This document shows positions 16,001 through 20,000 of a stretch of 20,000 bases of DNA, piece after piece (position 1 is the first letter of the stretch; every line of letters begins with the position of its first letter). The stretch is from an uncultured virus (IMG/VR IMGVR_UViG_3300037507_003993) (lineage: Duplodnaviria; Heunggongvirae; Uroviricota; Caudoviricetes), in the IMG/VR virus record IMGVR_UViG_3300037507_003993; one strand, written 5' to 3'. The notes under the pieces are model-generated. The model did not search any database and was not told where the DNA came from. It saw only the letters and a list, made by a program, of their open reading frames with translations. Position numbers and translations under genes: made by a program.

Positions 16001-17994
16001 CGTCTCTGATGGCCATCAACCCAATGCTTGGTCTTGCGGTAGGTGCTGGTTTGACAGCGTTTTCATCCAAGACTAAAAAGGGTGGGGCGATTGCTGGTGC
16101 AGTCAGTGGTGCGGCAGTCGGCGCAATGATTGCCGGCCCACTTGGAGCAGCAGTTGGTGGCGTGCTTGGTGCTGGTCTCGGCTTCCTGGCAGCAAAACGC
16201 AACCAAAAGAAGATGGCAGAAGGGGCAATGGGCAAGGTGGGTCTTGCTCAGATATCCGGAATAGCTGCGGCGGCGGCAAAAGGTGGTCAAGCAGGAAGCA
16301 CTACCGAGGCTCGCGCCGTACTTGCGGCATCTCGAAACATGACTCGCGATTTTACGAAGGCCGAAACAAAAGAAGATAGAAAAAAAGTTTTGCAACCTTT
16401 CATTGACGCTGGAGTGATTGGCGGGAATGAACTCAGCCTCGCGCTTGGAGACAATGCTGAAGACGCCCAAAAAGCTCTTGCAAAAACATCCAAAAACATG
16501 GACCAGGCATTGACTCCGGCTTTTAATCAATTTGATTCAATCATGAATTCCCTGAAACAAACAACAGGAATGACTTCCGAGGAAATATATAAACTCGCCA
16601 TGGAGCGCAATGTAGACCTCTACAGCACCACTCTTAAACTTACCGATGCAACCAAAGCTCTCGGCGTCGGGATGACCAAGACTTCAAAACAATTCTCGGA
16701 TGCTCTTAGGGATGTGCAAATTAGAGCCATGGACGTGTTTAAGAGATTCACTGAAAACAAGGCCATGAAGGACGCTCTTCAGGCTTCTGGGGACAACTTA
16801 CGTGGTGGAGATACATCAACGGAAGCATTCCTCGATTACTACACAAAATATCTCGATTATTCAAACTACATCTCCCCAGACTCACCTCTTCTCAATTCGA
16901 TAGCTCAAGCCCAAGCCTTTGGCACTGGTGCGAATGTGGGCGCAGGTTCCGCGTTTGGTCCAGGAGGTCCTCTTTCGGGCGTCGTTATGGGGGACGAAGC
17001 TAAGGGGCTCATCGGTCAGGCGCAAAAACAGACTGCTTCAGGCTCAGCAACTGAAATGACAAAACAACTTCTGGCTATGGCCGGAGAAGCCGGTTTTGTC
17101 TTTGAGGATGGAGAAAAAGCATTTAGCGGAGCGCAAACGCAAATAAACACCCTGATAACAAAGGCAATGGGTGGCGATGAGGCCGCAACCGCCCAGATAA
17201 GAGACCTTGAAGGGATGCTTTCTAGGGGTGTCGCGTTTCAAGGCAAAGGACAAGATGCCATAGCTTCACTTATCGGTTCAAAACTTTTAGGTAGTGGGGC
17301 TCTGGGAAATAATCTGTTTGGAACAAAATTAAAGCCCGAGATGTCAGGAGAACTAGACCCATACAAAGATATTCTGACCGCAGAAGCCGCGTTGATGAGA
17401 GAGGAGTTCACGAACGCTGTTCGTGCGGAATTCTTTGAATCAACAGACACACCTAAGTGGTGGAATGATGCACCAAGCTGGTGGACTAATGGATTTGAGG
17501 TTCAACTCAAAAACGGCGTAATTGACAAACTTGTCCCAATGGGCGACACCGATACGCCCAAGGTTTTAGGTAAGACAATGAGAAAGCACGGCATGTTTGA
17601 TGGCGCTGTTCCCGGTAAGCGCACGGTAACAAGTTCGCTAAGAAACTTTGCACTTGGTTCAAATAATTCAGACCACGCAACCGGACATGCTTACGACCTG
17701 GTTGGTGACAACCTTGGCAAATATTCATCGCTAGTCAATGCATCTGGCGGGTTTGCTGAATTTCACGGAACTGGTGGTGCGCGCCACTTGCACGTAGTTC
17801 CCCCTGTTGGTCCAATGGGAGACACCTCCACGAGTATCCTTGCGAAGATGACGGGCTCAATCCCATCTGGAGGCTCTAGTGGCGGGGACACTTTTAACAT
17901 CACAGTTAATGAATCGTCAACACCTCAGGTTACGGCGCGTGCAGTTGCTAACGAAATTCTTCAGATTCAAAGAAATGTGAAACAGAGAATATAA
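13048..17994 (+). CDS. Tape measure protein with C-terminal Zn-peptidase-like domain
   Basis: 1648 aa, Ala/Gly-rich and helical with hydrophobic segments; follows the chaperone; C-terminal GGDTFNITVN...ARAVANEI. Contains H-x6-D and HxH motifs. Confidence 0.92.
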   Translation: MADEIVNLNVDVDVKGDNKLLTTAAKLTALDAASKRLENRTNRLTGAMGRLNLQMTTTSKGVTKFSKQLNLVEKIGAKFLKMARLLMFSVIALGIEFGISALALASVNAAFAVGKIVAQAYNYLMQALAGTVAAVGVAAIGAAAAFKEFQAAQFAFRYKDSKELGSALDQSGSGLRSLYKDATLASMGVQALAGAFAAVNKHSAFTPASKAALKAMADFVQSSGDPQNALQAAGSLVGILQKEKKFTAEALQAVKAISPEFEKAFKKGNYKDYRKFLEDLQSGKLALDAGVSGQSGTMAQTLVGQFRTYLSSALVEMSDVGVRVLEPIKKAMSDIYFGLERTFRRISGDLVTFGQGPFLSSLVKFTEKLEDFTVVLFRKFLPATEGFWRRTTDFFKGFAIYFREVRDALDPLREGGSIVIKTFGKPIVEIFKQIGLGVKALSAQAVKYEPLFLAFGDSMKSVVVGFFEIMRALREVFARALPIINPVVAALGKLMSTLASIINMLSGKTGSGGSSAIVALLGMFAFKGRRAARFQRSRGIGDEFGNVGLSSKQAIYSGHKFSTMGTNVGGGGAANQGQLGSIAGAMSSAGQAAGTAASAAIAPGASALTAAGASLQGAAAAITGAAMGGTLRGGMGGGTVDRATGRYKTLPARKPGQSNADYQRDINAYVTRNRGVTDLPLEQRGYKAPSLGTNRSAKDLLGRKDQDSTNIFGRRRGVTPDYENIGQRMMTREQYQASERMRRMKLRPNAPQGPHSNLMDNSAFRYRTDQSLQASGFFPGRPIRPGIRGRLAAIPSRINALPGVVELEKKLLGRAKSYGSFLLNGTPTVSGAMGGMGGITGQQAAGTGTNNYNNTARRGGLRGFAGRTLLGQSYNEGGYRGFRDTIRNQSGMGQLGPGNGLLGRAYNSAKGGNFGQGYRNARLNFNEAKKAGQIPANAKFSRLQGMKAGAKYSLSGAGMVAGMGASYLASRYGTEEAQGGMQMGASLMAINPMLGLAVGAGLTAFSSKTKKGGAIAGAVSGAAVGAMIAGPLGAAVGGVLGAGLGFLAAKRNQKKMAEGAMGKVGLAQISGIAAAAAKGGQAGSTTEARAVLAASRNMTRDFTKAETKEDRKKVLQPFIDAGVIGGNELSLALGDNAEDAQKALAKTSKNMDQALTPAFNQFDSIMNSLKQTTGMTSEEIYKLAMERNVDLYSTTLKLTDATKALGVGMTKTSKQFSDALRDVQIRAMDVFKRFTENKAMKDALQASGDNLRGGDTSTEAFLDYYTKYLDYSNYISPDSPLLNSIAQAQAFGTGANVGAGSAFGPGGPLSGVVMGDEAKGLIGQAQKQTASGSATEMTKQLLAMAGEAGFVFEDGEKAFSGAQTQINTLITKAMGGDEAATAQIRDLEGMLSRGVAFQGKGQDAIASLIGSKLLGSGALGNNLFGTKLKPEMSGELDPYKDILTAEAALMREEFTNAVRAEFFESTDTPKWWNDAPSWWTNGFEVQLKNGVIDKLVPMGDTDTPKVLGKTMRKHGMFDGAVPGKRTVTSSLRNFALGSNNSDHATGHAYDLVGDNLGKYSSLVNASGGFAEFHGTGGARHLHVVPPVGPMGDTSTSILAKMTGSIPSGGSSGGDTFNITVNESSTPQVTARAVANEILQIQRNVKQRI

Positions 17995-18743
17995 TGGCAA
18001 TTTCGATAATCGGCAAACAAATACCGAGTCAAATTTCGGGCAAGTTTCAGTTTCAAAAATCAGCTACTGTTCTGCGTAACACCTCCGACATCAGGGAAAT
18101 GCGCCAAGTTGCAGGCCCTGAACTTGCTTATGAATTCTATTTTCCTCCGACGACTTTTAGCCACAGTGGATACGGGCCAACATTCAACGAAATCAATCGC
18201 CCCTATTCGACGCCGATTGTGGATATAACAAGCGGCAAAGCAGAGAGATGTTCTTTCGAGTTCCTTGTTGCACCACCAAAAAGAATTAACACCCTTACAG
18301 GGGAAGACGGTAAGCCTTCTTCGCAAACTTATCAAGACTTCTATGAATCAATCGATGACCAGCTTAGGTTTATTCAATCAATTGCAGATTTTGCGATTCC
18401 AGTTGAGTTCATAAATGTTCATCCAGCTCTCGCTATTCCCAAATGGTACATAGATGAGTGCACGATAAATCATGGTAGGCAGAACCTGCAAGCAAATACC
18501 ACGAGCGCTACGGTCAACTTATCGCTTATCGAGTTTATACCACGTAGAAAAACGATGATTCTACTGCCGCGTTTTAAGCATGGAAAATTTGTGCCTGCAA
18601 ACAAGGACACATCCAGTGATGATGAGACTCCTGGGAAGGATGACATCAAGGGGCTTACAGCAAAGCTAAATGCAGCTAAAGCTGCTGGCAATAGAGACGC
18701 CGCAAGGTATTACGCATTAGCGATTGCTGAAGCTTCAAAGTAG
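17994..18743 (+). CDS. Putative tail tube initiator / baseplate protein
   Basis: Coupled to the tape measure gene (TAATG). YEFYFPP...CSFEF...WYIDECTI...ATVNLSLIEF pattern resembles tube-fold baseplate proteins. Confidence 0.6.
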   Translation: MAISIIGKQIPSQISGKFQFQKSATVLRNTSDIREMRQVAGPELAYEFYFPPTTFSHSGYGPTFNEINRPYSTPIVDITSGKAERCSFEFLVAPPKRINTLTGEDGKPSSQTYQDFYESIDDQLRFIQSIADFAIPVEFINVHPALAIPKWYIDECTINHGRQNLQANTTSATVNLSLIEFIPRRKTMILLPRFKHGKFVPANKDTSSDDETPGKDDIKGLTAKLNAAKAAGNRDAARYYALAIAEASK

Positions 18744-18765
18744 TCATAATAGAAACGCAGAAATT

Positions 18766-20000
18766 ATGTCATTACAAAAACGGCCAGAATATCCATCCAT
18801 GCAGTCTTTGAGCATGTCCGAGGCCGACGTGTTTGAATATGGAAACATAAATTTAAATCTTCGGCCTATTGTTAAGTTGAAAAATGGTCAAATCGCCACA
18901 CTTATTTCAATAACAATTCAGGACGCAATTTCCGGAAAACTATGTTTTTCTTTAATACCTACGATTAGCGATGACGGAGTGGTTGTTCCTGACAAAGAAG
19001 CAAGATTAATTTACAGTAAAAGCGGAAGGCATCTTGGCAAATTTGCCACTCTGAGAATTGCCAATACTTATGCCAAGGCCCTGTCTGCACAAGAAAATAA
19101 ACGTTACAAAGAACAAATAAAGAATAATCCTGATTACCTAGTTGGCGAAAAGACCTGGTATCCAATTGACCAGATTATTGAGCCGTCGAATAGAAACCTT
19201 GGCGGGATTTTGCAAATAACAGACCTTTTTGGTGCTTCTGCTGAAGATTTTAAAAATAATCTTGTATCGGTTTCGGTTAATTATTCCATGGACCTAAACC
19301 CTGAAATATCTATTGAAATAGTTGATGAAGATTACAAAATGTTCGATTCAAATTATTTCATTATTAGACGAGATGTTACATACAGGGGAAGAAGATACGA
19401 GATAGCCGATGTTTCGGCCAAGCCAGGACCGGGAGGTTCGCCCACCGTAGTAATCAAAGCTCGCAACAAGGCTCTTCAACAGATGAGACGCGATAAGTTT
19501 CCGAATTCGGTTTCTGGCGGCTCTGGTTACGAGTATGCCGGAAACGCGGCCAAGAAGTTCGGCCTGGAGTTTGTCGGGCAAAAATCAGCTAAAACAAAGT
19601 CAACTTTTAAAGCTCGAACCGGTGACGGTGAAGAGTCGGTCTGGGACGTCCTCACTAGGACTGCTGGAGACAATCAGTTTGTCGTGTTTGAGGTTGATGG
19701 CGTTTTGGTCTACGCATCGCAAGAATGGTTGATGTGGAAATTTGGCAGTTCTAGCTGGACCAGTCCGGCAAATGGTGTTCGTAAATTTGTTCCATTGCTT
19801 TTCTATCCGAACAGAGACCCAAAAGATTTATTTGCAAATGCAATGCTCGGAGACTCTAGTGAATTATTTCAACTAGAAACTTGGCATGACTTCAATTCAT
19901 CAGATAACGAACCGCTTGCCGCAACCGGAAGCTGCAGCGTTCTAATGCCACAGGGTGGAGCTTTAAGGCCAGGACATACTGCTGTTTGTGGACCCTTGCC
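18766..20000 (+). CDS. Putative baseplate hub protein (gp27/gpD-like) with extra N-terminal domain; truncated by window end
   Basis: Absent from the ORF track because it has no stop. Manual translation from ATG 18766 is open to 20000: MSLQKRPEY...VSVSVNYSMDLNPEISIEIVD...AAKKFGLEF...EESVWDVLTRTA...VFEVDGVLVY...LRPGHTA, a hub-like motif order. Confidence 0.75.
   Translation, partial: MSLQKRPEYPSMQSLSMSEADVFEYGNINLNLRPIVKLKNGQIATLISITIQDAISGKLCFSLIPTISDDGVVVPDKEARLIYSKSGRHLGKFATLRIANTYAKALSAQENKRYKEQIKNNPDYLVGEKTWYPIDQIIEPSNRNLGGILQITDLFGASAEDFKNNLVSVSVNYSMDLNPEISIEIVDEDYKMFDSNYFIIRRDVTYRGRRYEIADVSAKPGPGGSPTVVIKARNKALQQMRRDKFPNSVSGGSGYEYAGNAAKKFGLEFVGQKSAKTKSTFKARTGDGEESVWDVLTRTAGDNQFVVFEVDGVLVYASQEWLMWKFGSSSWTSPANGVRKFVPLLFYPNRDPKDLFANAMLGDSSELFQLETWHDFNSSDNEPLAATGSCSVLMPQGGALRPGHTAVCGPL

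Noticed and set aside
13032..17728. Many minus-strand ORFs within the tape measure gene
   Set aside because: These are antisense shadows of Ala/Gly-rich coding sequence with no recognisable motifs.
10337..20000. Extracellular contractile injection system or tailocin
   Set aside because: Portal, terminase, adaptor and recombination genes are present, so this is a phage with a head.

Overview
This window is a segment of a tailed dsDNA phage genome with a contractile tail (myovirus type). An actinobacterial host is suggested by promoter style and gene content, but this is inference only. On the minus strand, a small membrane protein gene (1601-1765) precedes an HK97-type portal gene (1591 to <1) with a long C-terminal extension. 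Transcribed divergently on the plus strand are the terminase large subunit, a Rad52/Sak-like annealing protein, a RecB/Cas4-like nuclease, an HNH endonuclease, a ~330 bp highly structured non-coding gap, a RuvC resolvase and an IbrB/ParB-like protein. These are followed by the neck and tail module: adaptor, tail completion and terminator proteins, sheath, tube, a chaperone with a -1 frameshift, a 1648 aa tape measure with a C-terminal Zn-peptidase motif, a tube initiator and a baseplate hub that runs off the window end. The most interesting unexplained signal is a pair of candidate structured RNAs between the HNH and RuvC genes. Several apparently modular domain insertions in virion proteins also stand out. 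All family assignments come from reading motifs and gene order; no searches were run.
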